Part shown: one piece after another, positions 1 through 10,666 of the stretch
Position numbering within the stretch: the first letter of the stretch is position 1
Layout of the letters: each line of letters opens with the position of its first letter
NCBI GenBank assembly: GCA_020184695.1
Contig: JAANOX010000243.1
Location: 310,001-374,000 of the forward strand
DNA: 64,000 bases
Source of the DNA: Histomonas meleagridis 2922-C6/04-290x
Lineage: Eukaryota; Protista; Parabasalia
Direction: 5' to 3'
Translations under genes and position numbers: made by a program
The notes under the pieces: generated by a model
What the model was told of the DNA's origin: nothing
Databases searched by the model: none
Seen by the model: the letters and a program-made list of their open reading frames with translations, nothing else

Positions 1-570
1 TTTTTTGGAGGCAATAGTTTGTATGCGTTTGTATGGTTTTTGCACTCCAGATTCAATCCACATCGAGTTTCTCCCGTTAACAAAATAAATCCAGGTTTCA
101 TTTTGCGTCAATATGTGTCTTAGTCTGTAGTCATTTGAACTAAATAGGAATTCAAATAATTCAGAAGCAATGGCAGCTCTTTTGGCTTTGATTTCTGGAG
201 TCAACTTATGTGGGATCCATTTGAAGTTAACTTTTTTCATCCCTAAAATATTAATAATTATATTTTTCACTGTTTTTGGACCTGCGCCTACATTCTTCGC
301 AACATTCTTCGTCGATGCATATGGATAACTTAATATAAAACTGGTTATTCTTTGATCTAAATCTGATCTTCTTGGTCTCCCTGTTTTTTTCTGTTCGAAA
401 ATTGAGAAGGTATGTTCATTCATCTTTTTTGTCCATTTCTGAACTGTTCGAAGTGTAATAATATTATCACCATATACAGCACATAATCGCCTATATATGT
501 CTTGATTTTCATTTGATTCTAACCAAAGGAAATACACAACAGAACGTAATTCCTCGATTGGAACTGACAT
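1..570 (-). CDS. Mariner transposase, N-terminal 190 aa (3'-partial; not in the supplied ORF track)
   Basis: Hand translation from ATG 570: MSVPIEELRSVVYFLWLE...TLRTVQKW...KKTGRPR...FKWIPHKLT...ILTQNETWIYF. It has HTH-type segments, the GRPR linker and the WVPHEL-like motif WIPHKL. The first catalytic motif (normally T-x-D-E-T-W) reads TQNETW. Confidence 0.88.
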   Translation of the reverse strand, partial: MSVPIEELRSVVYFLWLESNENQDIYRRLCAVYGDNIITLRTVQKWTKKMNEHTFSIFEQKKTGRPRRSDLDQRITSFILSYPYASTKNVAKNVGAGPKTVKNIIINILGMKKVNFKWIPHKLTPEIKAKRAAIASELFEFLFSSNDYRLRHILTQNETWIYFVNGRNSMWIESGVQKPYKRIQTIASKK

Positions 571-777
571 TAAAATGATTAAACGTTCTCTCTCAGAGGT
601 ATCCTGAAAAAAAGTAGTTTCACTTCATCCATCATATTTACTTGGAAAAAAGTATTATAATAATAATGATAATATATTTATTATAAATTTTATTTATATA
701 ATTTGATTCCATTAATATCTAATATAAATCAAAAAAAAAAAAAAAAAAGCTGACGAACGGACTTTTTCCACCCCCTA
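1..777 (-). mobile_element. Mariner-family DNA transposon, partial (runs off the window start)
   Basis: Contains a mariner transposase ORF (570 to 1). The terminus reads TAGGGGGTGGAAAAAGTCCGTTCGTCAGC on the minus strand (777-749) and is followed by TA at 778-779. Flanking host DNA resumes in the ankyrin-insert consensus (..aataa TA tttggaaattattt). The partner TIR is outside the window. Confidence 0.85.
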
Positions 778-1520
778 TATTTGGAAATTATTTATACTAT
801 TTAATACAGCATTTATGATAGCATGTGAATGTAATCAAATAGAAATAGCTGGATTACTTACTGAACAAGAAGGATTTGATATTAATGATAAGAATATTTA
901 TGAGTTTTGTTTAAAATTTGTTCAAGAAATTTGATATTTCTAAAAAAAAATTGGAAATTATTTAAATTATTTGATACAGCACTCATTATTTTAGTATCTA
1001 AAAAAGGTGTCATAGAAATGGTCGAATTTCTTCTTGAACAAAAAGGAATTGATATAAATGCCAAAAACATTTATTTGTTTTACTTAATATTCAAAAATGG
1101 TTTTTAGAATTTATATAAATCATTTAATTCTACACTTACTTATGCTGCTCGAAATGATTATACAAAAATAATTTGAAAGCTTCTTTCAAAAGATGGACTT
1201 GACATTAACTTTCAAGATATATATTTGCTCTGTTTCGGGCTGAAATTCATTTTTTACATATAGAAATTAATTGAATTATTTAATACAGGACTTTTATATG
1301 CAGCTAAAAATGGTAACATGGAAATTGTTAAATTACTTCTTGAGTATAAAGGAATTGATGTTAATATTAAAAACATTTAATCTTTTTATTGGATATTTAT
1401 TTTAATGATTAAAAATTCTAAAATAATATTTGGAAATGATTTAAATTATTTTGGACTGCATGTGAATATGCAGTTAATAATGAACACGCAGATATAGTTG
1501 AATTACTTAAAAACTATTAA
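778..1520 (+). CDS. 3' part of an ankyrin-repeat gene: five ankyrin modules separated by frame- or stop-breaking inserts
   Basis: Modules NTAFMIACECNQIEIAGLLTEQEGFDINDKN, DTALIILVSKKGVIEMVEFLLEQKGIDINAKN, NSTLTYAARNDYTKII*KLLSKDGLDINFQD, NTGLLYAAKNGNMEIVKLLLEYKGIDVNIKN, WTACEYAVNNEHADIVELLKNY*. D/N-to-T gaps are 80, 60, 66 and 80 nt. One module has an internal TGA at 1174, so the locus may be decaying. Confidence 0.7.
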
Positions 1521-1686
1521 ATTGATTTAATTATATGATTTAATAAAAAATTTTATTAAAAAATTAAAATATTTTGAAATTAAATACAGACCTTTGGTAT
1601 AAGGATGATGTTTTACATTTACAATTTTTTGTCAAGCATGTTTTGTATCGTTCCGCGTAAATATTTGAAAAAGTTGTACAAAAAAA

Positions 1687-2730
1687 ATGGACAATTCTTT
1701 TTCAGAATCTAACGAATGGTTCACAAGGCTTTTCGGGTTTGAAGAAGTACCTAACCAGGTTGCCTCACATTTCTCATTGTCAAAAGATAGAAATGGAGAC
1801 ATTATGATTACTTCAAAAGACAATGGAAAATCTTATTCTGTAGGTAATTTCCAGATACGTGATTTAAAATCTTTTAAAGATTTACAGGAAATTGGAGGCG
1901 GTACACTCAATCTTCTTGTTGGCAATGGGTCTCAAACTGTAGATGCTGATATCATCACTTGCGAAACAAATCCAGAGAACAATGGAGCTACGTTTCAAAT
2001 GGCTTCAAACTTCAATTGTCTTGACCACATGCCATATAAAAAACCGCCAATGGGATATTTGAGTTATTATGTTACATCTCATGAGCAAGGAGGTCCTGGT
2101 ACTGTTGCATGTGGCCCAGCTCTTGTTTATCGTCAGTACTTACTTCCACATCCTTCTGGTCGTATTGGACAAATGGACGAAGATGTTCAATTACTTTCCC
2201 GTACGCCAGCCGAAGTTATTGATGGCTATGTTCATTACCTTCCTCCTTTGTTTAACTGGTCAAATCCGGATAACTATCAAGTTGGTGTTCATCAAAATAT
2301 TGATGTGACACTTGGCCGAAGTGGTAACCGTGGCAATCAATTCAGAATTGTTGAAAACCAAAGGATCCATCAAGTATTTTGCTCAACTCTTTGCTTCGGT
2401 TATGTAGAAAAATCTAATGCCAATTTGAAAATTGCAGAAAATATTCTATCCAACGAATATAAGTTGACCGTACTCTCTGCTTGGGAAAACTCGCTTAAGT
2501 ACCCTGGGAAAAAGGGCTCTAAAAAACTTTTTTTATGTTTGATTGGTGGCGGTGCATTTGGCAATCCAATCGATCTGATATGCAGATCAATTTCTAGCGC
2601 CGTAGAATTGATCATTAAGTCTGGATTAGAAGTATATCTCGTTTGTTTTAATAAGAATGAATACAATAAAGTGATTCAATATATTAAGAATGATGTGGAG
2701 AAAACGGGTGGAAAAGAAATATTTTTATAA
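1687..2730 (+). CDS. Conserved hypothetical protein, possibly macrodomain/PARG-like fold
   Basis: 347-aa ORF with motifs WFTRLFGFEE, FQMASNFNCLD and LIGGGAFGNP. The GGGAFG loop resembles the C-terminal loop of PARG/macro-type enzymes. The fold assignment is from memory and has not been searched. Confidence 0.6.
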   Translation: MDNSFSESNEWFTRLFGFEEVPNQVASHFSLSKDRNGDIMITSKDNGKSYSVGNFQIRDLKSFKDLQEIGGGTLNLLVGNGSQTVDADIITCETNPENNGATFQMASNFNCLDHMPYKKPPMGYLSYYVTSHEQGGPGTVACGPALVYRQYLLPHPSGRIGQMDEDVQLLSRTPAEVIDGYVHYLPPLFNWSNPDNYQVGVHQNIDVTLGRSGNRGNQFRIVENQRIHQVFCSTLCFGYVEKSNANLKIAENILSNEYKLTVLSAWENSLKYPGKKGSKKLFLCLIGGGAFGNPIDLICRSISSAVELIIKSGLEVYLVCFNKNEYNKVIQYIKNDVEKTGGKEIFL

Positions 2731-3051
2731 ACACCATTTAGTTAAAATTAAGTTTTTGAAATAAATTATTTTGAATTTTTAAATCAAGTTGAAGATCAAA
2801 AATTTAATGTATTAAGTGAGAATTTAAAATAAGTCAAATGCCTACAAAGGTATTAGCTATGAGACTTAAAAGATTTGACAATGTACATTGATCAAATATT
2901 AATTCATTTAAATAAATAAATTCAGAAAACTAATGGGCGTTAATCATATTAAGCATAAATAATTGCTATAAGTAAATATTAACTTTATGCAAAGGAGTTC
3001 TTGTTGTGCGTTTGCAAATGTCGACAAGAAGATAAACGGTTTTGTTATATC

Positions 3052-5109
3052 ATGTCACTTTCAATGGAAAAAACACCAAACTCTGAAAGACTCTACAGAA
3101 TTCAAATGAGCTTAAAGCGGAACAAAGTAAACCAGCGCCGTAAAAGAGCAGAAGTAAAAAGGATTCAAAAAACTTATGAAGCTCAAGTTCAAACATACAT
3201 TTATCAATTATATGTATCAGCATTACATATATGGGAACATATTAACAACACCGACGATGTATCATCTGAGACTTATCTGCAAAACATAAAACCTCAACCA
3301 ACTGAATCAGAAATAAATGAAGAAATTTCTTCTACTCTTGCCAAAATTAAAGATAACCCAAAACAATTTATTGACTCATTGTCATCTACTACCCATCTTG
3401 AACGAGACGACTTTATTTTTCTTCTTAGTTTATTCAATTTCTTTTGGTCCAAAGAATCAATTGATTTATTCTTACGTTTTGTAACCCAAGTCGAAGGCAT
3501 TATTGAAACTGGTCTTTCTCAATGTTTTCTAGTTTTCCCATGTGTTCAAATATATTTCATATCTGCACTTAAACCAGTTTTTGAGAACTTTGGTGGTTCT
3601 GACGATAATCTCCAATTTCTCCTTGATTCACTTCTAAAGTACTCTTCTCTTATTCCATCATATCTTAAAGATTATATTCAAATGAATCAAAACAAATCTG
3701 CACTTCTTTGTAACTCTTTTCTTAAACCATTCATCGAACACTTTACACTCTTTGGTATCTCCGATCCTGAACTATATCTGTTCTGTTCCAAAGAACTTAG
3801 TTCTCTTCTATCTCAAATCGAACAATATTTCAATACAACCGAATCGCAAACGTTCGTCGAAAAGTTAATTAGCAATTCAAAGTCAATCATTGTCACTCCA
3901 CAAGAAACGAAACTTTTCGAAATATATTCACATTACACCCCAACAACATTAATTGATTCGAGTACATTACCAAAGTTCGGAGTACCGCAAACGAAATCGC
4001 CGCTTTCATATATTCCTTTATCATCAACAGTTCCGACAACTGCAACAAGTGATAGTCAACGTAATGCGCCAACATTAACATATTATGCACGAAAATTCTT
4101 ATTAGAAACTGAAATAATTCATTTAGAAAAGGAATTCCCAAATGCTTATGAATACTTTAGGCAATTAATCGATTTGTCATCAATGGACATCAGCATTGAA
4201 TTAGAATCGACATTTGATCAACTTGTGATTTTGCTGAATTCTTCGCATGCAACGATTAATAACATTTGTAAAATGATCGAGGACGAATTAAAGGTCGAAG
4301 AAGAAAACCAATCCGAAGATCCGCTGATCGAAATCGCGTCGTACAGTTCACAATTCTCTTATTTGAATAGGATCATTGAATTCAACAAATTAATCGCAGA
4401 AAATTCAGAGAACGAAACAAATTTCATAATGATTCAAAAAGCTCTGCCAAATTTTTTGGTTGAAAATCCTCCGCCAGAAAATCCCTATGAAACCAAAAAC
4501 TTCGTTGAATACTTTACAAATGCTTTGAATGCTTTACAAAAAATTAACCCAAATATTAAAATGAACGTTACTACAAATAAAAATTTACATTCATTACTCG
4601 TACATCAACTTCGAATTAGTCAATGGATTAATGAAAATAAAGAGATTCAAGAAGAAGAAAGGAAAATGCATAAATTCTTAGATGAAAAAAGAGATGAATT
4701 AATTGATTGTCATCATTTAGACTTTTTAGAAAAATATAAAATTAATCCACAAAAAAAATTAAAATATTTCTTCGAAGAATTTGATAAAGCATTTAAGTGC
4801 AAGATGTTATTTGTTCGCCTGGACCACATTCATGCTGCTTACGACGTTTTGACTGGTTTATTACAGGAGGCTGGTATCGGCGAAATTGGGGCGGACCAAA
4901 TTGTGCCGTTTGCTATTTTGGCGACCGTTTACGCGAACCCTGAAGAATTGACTTCAACTTATGTGTTTTTGTCAAGATTCGTTGAGCCTCTTTTGTTGGT
5001 TAACTCTGTGGTACCACATTCACATGAATATTCACTAATTCAATTTTTGTCTTCATATCAATTCTTGAAGGAAAAATTGGAGGAAGAAGAAAAAAAGGAA
5101 AATAACTGA
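3052..5109 (+). CDS. VPS9-domain protein (Rab5-type GEF)
   Basis: Long ORF with first ATG at 3052. The C-terminus IGADQIVPFAILATVYANP...EYSLIQFLSSYQFL matches the VPS9 GADD...ANP...Y-x-L signature. Confidence 0.75.
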   Translation: MSLSMEKTPNSERLYRIQMSLKRNKVNQRRKRAEVKRIQKTYEAQVQTYIYQLYVSALHIWEHINNTDDVSSETYLQNIKPQPTESEINEEISSTLAKIKDNPKQFIDSLSSTTHLERDDFIFLLSLFNFFWSKESIDLFLRFVTQVEGIIETGLSQCFLVFPCVQIYFISALKPVFENFGGSDDNLQFLLDSLLKYSSLIPSYLKDYIQMNQNKSALLCNSFLKPFIEHFTLFGISDPELYLFCSKELSSLLSQIEQYFNTTESQTFVEKLISNSKSIIVTPQETKLFEIYSHYTPTTLIDSSTLPKFGVPQTKSPLSYIPLSSTVPTTATSDSQRNAPTLTYYARKFLLETEIIHLEKEFPNAYEYFRQLIDLSSMDISIELESTFDQLVILLNSSHATINNICKMIEDELKVEEENQSEDPLIEIASYSSQFSYLNRIIEFNKLIAENSENETNFIMIQKALPNFLVENPPPENPYETKNFVEYFTNALNALQKINPNIKMNVTTNKNLHSLLVHQLRISQWINENKEIQEEERKMHKFLDEKRDELIDCHHLDFLEKYKINPQKKLKYFFEEFDKAFKCKMLFVRLDHIHAAYDVLTGLLQEAGIGEIGADQIVPFAILATVYANPEELTSTYVFLSRFVEPLLLVNSVVPHSHEYSLIQFLSSYQFLKEKLEEEEKKENN

Positions 5110-5416
5110 TGTCAAAGTGTTTTGTAAAGGTAAATAGTTCTATTTATTGATAAACTTTTTTACTTTTTATAAATTCATTTTTGAATGTGCAAAAGGATTT
5201 GAGTTTATTGAAGAACAATTACACTGTTATTGCTATAATACTATTTATTGATGAGTTATGTTAGATGAATTCATGCAAAAAGATAAAATTTGCATTTTTA
5301 ATTTGCCAAATATTTGGCAAAAAATTTCAATGTTTAATGAAGGTTTAGGCTTTCAAAAATAAAGAGGCATTTTTTCTTGAGGAATTTTATTTCATTTTTA
5401 TTAAAGTTCGATCTTT

Positions 5417-6667
5417 ATGGAACAATCAAAGCCTGATTTTGGAATTATACCATTGGAGGATGCTTCAACTTTGCGTAACCAGCAAAATTTAGTATGCATT
5501 TCTATGTCTATACCTTGCTTAATGAAATTAAACTTCCAAATTCAGGTTCAATAATAATAAGGTTTTGCATTATCCTGATTTGCTTGCTGAACTTTTATCA
5601 CCTATTGTTTCATGTCTTAAATCTAAAGAACCAAACGCAAAAAGTTTATATTTTGATGAGGAAATAACAGATGAAACACTCCAAAAGGGAGAAATGCTTT
5701 TACATGGAAAAACAATAAATGTCAATGCAAATGATCCTATAATAAACATTTTGAAGAGTATTAATAATCTCGACCTTATTTATTTTGGTGATTTACCAGA
5801 GCCTACTTGTGATAATCTAATTAAAATCAAATCATCATAATAAACTTTGATAAAGAGATTGGTGCAACAAATTTTGAACAAATAAAAACACAAAACATAC
5901 CATTATCACAATGGCAATTAATTTTAGGTGATGATCAACTTAAACTTCAAAATGAAAAATCATTACTTGATTTTATTCTACAGAAAATGGAAGAAGATCC
6001 TTCTTACTATATTTTATTTAAGTTTATTCAAAGTCAATTTTTAGATGAAAAAGATTTACAAAGATTTTTATCTATTATTGATACGTTTAATGAAAATCAA
6101 ATTGTATCTGTATGGATGTCAATTAGGTCATATTTTAAAAAAGAAACATTCGTAAAAGATTATACAAAAAGATTTTCTGGAAAAAAAATTAAATTTGATG
6201 GATTTCATCGATTTAAAGGAGTTTTTAATTATTTTTCAAAGATATTTTAATGGAGATATTGTTCGTAATGGGGTGATTATAGTAGATGTAACATCAAATT
6301 ATGGAAGGAGTTATTCTTCCTCTTACATTGTAGAAGAATATGGTGAATTTGCAACAAAAGACCTTTCAAATCAATATATTAAAATTGATTTAAGAGACAA
6401 AAAAATTATATTAAGTGCATATTCTTTAAGATCAGCTTCATACGAATTTTCATTTTGTCTAAAGAATTGGAAATTAAAAGGATCAAATGATTTATTAATT
6501 GGTCTATTTTAGATAAAGAAGAAACTGATATTCTTTCAAAATCTTCAAGAGAAGAGATATTCAAAATAGCTGAAAAGAAAGGTCCATTTCGTTTTTTAAA
6601 ATTATCTCAAAAAGGTGGCATATCACTTAATAGATTTGAAATATTTGGTACGCTTTTTGATAATTAA
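5417..6667 (+). pseudogene. BTB/BACK-like plus F5/8 type C (discoidin-like) family gene with about four single-base frameshifts
   Basis: Consecutive frames join into FQIQV/NNKVLHYPDLLAELLSPIVS...LGDDQLKLQNEKSLLDFI...KFDGFHRFKGVFNYF...YIKIDLRDKKIILSAYSLRS...KNWKLKGSND...WSILDKEE...PFRFLKLSQ...LNRFEIFG. Shifts lie near 5550, 5830, 6243 and 6497. Could be true decay or local consensus error. Confidence 0.7.
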
Positions 6668-7575
6668 GTCAAAAGAATGAAAGCATTGAGTAAAAGTTTT
6701 CACTTATTCTTTGTTATTTAAACTCTTCAAAAACCTAAATTAAAACATTTTCTCTGTTCAAATATAACACTCATCATATTTAATTTTACATGCATAACTA
6801 AAATTATATGCGAATACTCAAGAAACATCAATCTTTTTTTCTCATTCTTTTATAAGGATAAAACAATGATTTTTTGTTTAAATTTTATAGAACTTCTCAC
6901 CTCAATTATTATAATAAAGATATCACAAGTAAACATGGACAATGTTGAAAATTAAATTGGCCAATTCCAATTCCGTAAATTGCCCGCAAGAAAGAGAAAG
7001 ATCAAGAAATGTCTTTTTAGATCATAGCAAAAAAAGTGAAGACAGAGAATGAATGCATAAAAAGGAAATATGAAAATCAAATATTTCCTCAATTGAATAA
7101 GTTTTAAAAGAAAAAAATTTCAAAATAAAAAAAGGAGTCTTTTGTTTTTCAAAATGGCTAAAACTGATTACTTTATTACCATTAAAAGATTTGAATTATA
7201 CGGAATACATTATAATGATTACTAAAAGTGATATCTCCTTTTAGTTTTTATGATTAAATTCCTAGCTATTGATTTTTAAAGTCAGAATCATTAGCAAATC
7301 ATAATGAAAAAATTTTCATAATTGTATTTAAGATTATTAGCAAAATTTAAAATAATCAAATCAAGTTGCCCCATTCATGATGAAAAAAAATAGGTATGTT
7401 TGTAAACACCTGGAATATTTTTTTATTCTATCCAACATATATGGAATTCCATAGATTTCTTACACGATAGAATCCAATGAATACTAAGTTATCGATTCAT
7501 TTTGAAAAAGTTAAAACCGCTGACCATTAATGGCTGAACACGTTATAATCAGATTCAAAAAGTGGAATACAATAA

Positions 7576-9656
7576 ATGAAAGGAAAACAAGTTTTTACAT
7601 CTCAAAGCGCAGTAGAAGAAGCGAATACTGTAGCAGAACTTCAAACGTGGCTAATGAATATAAATTCCGATAATTTAGAAGAAACAAAGCAAAAGATTTT
7701 AGATTCCATTTTTGTTACTTCTCCCAAACGAATTGATCAATTAGTCTCAAACATATTTTTAGCATCAGAAGTTCGTCCTTTTAGCACCAGATATATTTGT
7801 AATTTATGTCAACATTTAATCAATTCGATTGAATCCAATGAAAACTTATCTTCAATGAAAGCACATCTTATGCATTCGCTTTCCAGGCCTCCCACTCGAC
7901 ATTCAGCACATTTATATTTACTTCGACAGTTAATGTATCATTCGTGCATTTCCGCGCAAGACATCATTTTTGAGTTAAATCGTTTTCTCAAGTCACATCC
8001 AGATCGTATCGAAGACACGTTATCCACGTTTTGTGTATTTGCTCCTGAAATTGAACATAATGATAAACCGTTATTTGATTCTATTCTTACACAATTCAAA
8101 ACTATGTGCACCGGCAAATACGCAGGCTATCTACCACCTGAGCTTGATTTATTTATTGACCAATTAGAGTCATTACGAGCGAACAATTGGAAGTTATTAA
8201 TCCAACGCGCAGATTATGGATTTAATAATGATCCAATTTCCATTACACTTAAAGATGATGACATTGAAACACTTCGCGAGATGTCCAAGAGCCCATATTT
8301 CGACAAGAACCAACGTATTCATCCATCTGTTTTTGAGCGTTGTATGTTTTTATGGAACGAGCCAACCTTATTACAATTTGCAGCTTTTCATGGCGCGGTA
8401 AATTGTTTTAAATATTTAATTGAATTAGGTTCAGACTTAACTATACTCTCACGTAATAATTTTGATGTTTCATGTTTTGCAGTAGCTGGTGGCAATTTAA
8501 ACATTATCAAAATCCTTGAAGAAAAAGGTATTACATTTAAAGATGCGATCCAAATATCAGCTGCAATGCATCAACATAATATCTTCCATTGGTTATATAA
8601 GAACAAATGTCCAAATGGATTAACAGATATTGGATCAGAACTTGATTCTGTATTACATGCTGCAGCAGGTGCTAATAACACACGATTAATGTTATTTTGC
8701 ATTGGGAAGAAAGTCGATGTAAATATTAAAGGTCGAACATTATTATCACCATTACATATAGCTACTGAGCGCTCTCGAATGGATTCGATATCATTATTAT
8801 TAGCACATAAAGGATTAAATATTAATGCATGTGATGAAAATGAAGAAACGGCATTACATGTAGCAGCTGAAAATGGTCGGTATAAACCGATGAAGTTACT
8901 TGTATCACATGAAGATATCAATGTTAATTCACGCGATAAATTTATTTGTTTAAATTTTTTGGTATTTTTTTAAATATTTTAAAACGCCATTACATTTCGC
9001 ATCTCAAGAAGGTTATTCGAAAGCTATAAAAATATTATTGAATCAACCTGATATAAAAGTAAATGCATTAGATGATGAAAGATGTGCACCTATACATTTC
9101 GCTGCTCAAAATGGACGTTCTGATGCTATTAAAATACTTTTGACACATCCGGATATCGATGTTAATATTCGTGATATTAAAGGAATTTCTTTTTTGTTTG
9201 TTTTGGACACCACTTCATTACGCAGTACAACATAATCATCCACAAGTTTTAAGATATTTACTCGCTCATAACGACGTAGATATTAATTGTAGGAATAATG
9301 AAGGTTGGACACCTTTACATTTCGCAATTCGACCAGAAGAAAATTTGGAAATTATTCAAATTTTACTAAATGATAATAGAATCGACGTAAATTTATGTTA
9401 TGATGATGGAATTGATTTTATAATAATTGGTCACCTTTACATATGGCAGTGGAAATGAATTTAATCGATGTCGTCAAGTTACTGCTAAAGAAAGAATCAA
9501 TTGATACAAAAATTAAATATAAAATTCATTTGTTGTTTTCGGAGTTTATTCATCGTTTTTAAAACTACGCCTTTGGAAATCGCGAACGAACAGAATTTTG
9601 TTGAGATTGCAAAGCTAATAAGTGATCATGATAAAGAAATGGAAAATAAAATGTAA
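7576..9656 (+). CDS. DUF3447-type ankyrin-repeat protein interrupted by four short non-GT-AG inserts
   Basis: ORF 7576-8973 has TLLQFAAFHGAVNCFKYL and ankyrin repeats. It continues in shifted frames as KTPLHFASQEG, WTPLHYAVQHN, WSPLHMAVEMN and TTPLEIANEQ to TAA at 9654-9656. Removing 34, 19, 17 and 34 nt restores the 4-residue linker seen in the uninterrupted repeats of the same gene. Confidence 0.82.
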
Positions 9657-10666
9657 TGTAGAGAGATTTGAATTTTTCATTTTTTGTATTGTTTATGCGA
9701 AAGTGTGTTTTTGGTTATGGCGTTATCCAATTTAGATTAAAGAGAAGCTTTAATTCGCCAAGATCTGATGATAAAAACGATAAATTAAGAAAAGTTTATT
9801 TTTTCGTTGTAGATTCTTTGATACTAGAAATAGAATTTGATGACTTTCAGTAGGTTCTTCAGTTATATAATGTTTTGGAAATATGGATTCAATACAAAAA
9901 AAATTGAACAAATGCCAGCTGAAATAAACAATTTTCAAAATTTTCTCAAATATGAATAATGAGAAAATTTTCCTATACAGAACTTCTGTCTATTTGAGGG
10001 ATCGTATTTTTCGATCACATTTTGCTGAAAATCAAAGTTTACAAGAAGATTGTTAAGTTGCAAAATACTTTAACATTATACAAGAAATTATTAAGTAAAT
10101 ATGATATATTTTATATTTGATTATAACTTGATGTCTGATAAAGATAACAAATCCACATTTTTATACTTATATGCACATATTAATATATTATACAAACATA
10201 AAATCTAAGTAAAAAATATTTATTCAAATATGAAGTTTCCGGGTATTTAAAATATTGTTCCTATGTAAGAATGTTCGAATCTCTTAAGAAAAGGAAAGTG
10301 AAAAAAATAAATGATCAATGATCATAAGCACGTTAAAAATGTCACTTTTAGGCGGTTTCCGATAAAATTTTACTCAAAATCTCTGATCGGAAAGAAGAAA
10401 AAAAATGATCAATGATCAAAAGGGTAGCCGGTACGATTCCATACAAATTTTTTGTATTATGGGACTAAAAACAATAAGGTGTACTCAATAGATTTACATT
10501 AAATATTAAGAATAAATAATACTATGAATATTAATTAATTTTTTGTTGTTATGAATTTTTCATCATTTTTTTCACAGGGGTTATCATCGAATTATATGAA
10601 AATCATACAATGATATATGATATAAAATATTCTATTTATCAAATTTTGATTCATATAATAATAATA

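Noticed and set aside
10308-10420. Direct repeat aaatgatcaatgatca upstream of the pogo element
   Set aside because: Lies outside the TIR-defined element, has only two copies, and there is no supporting evidence of function.
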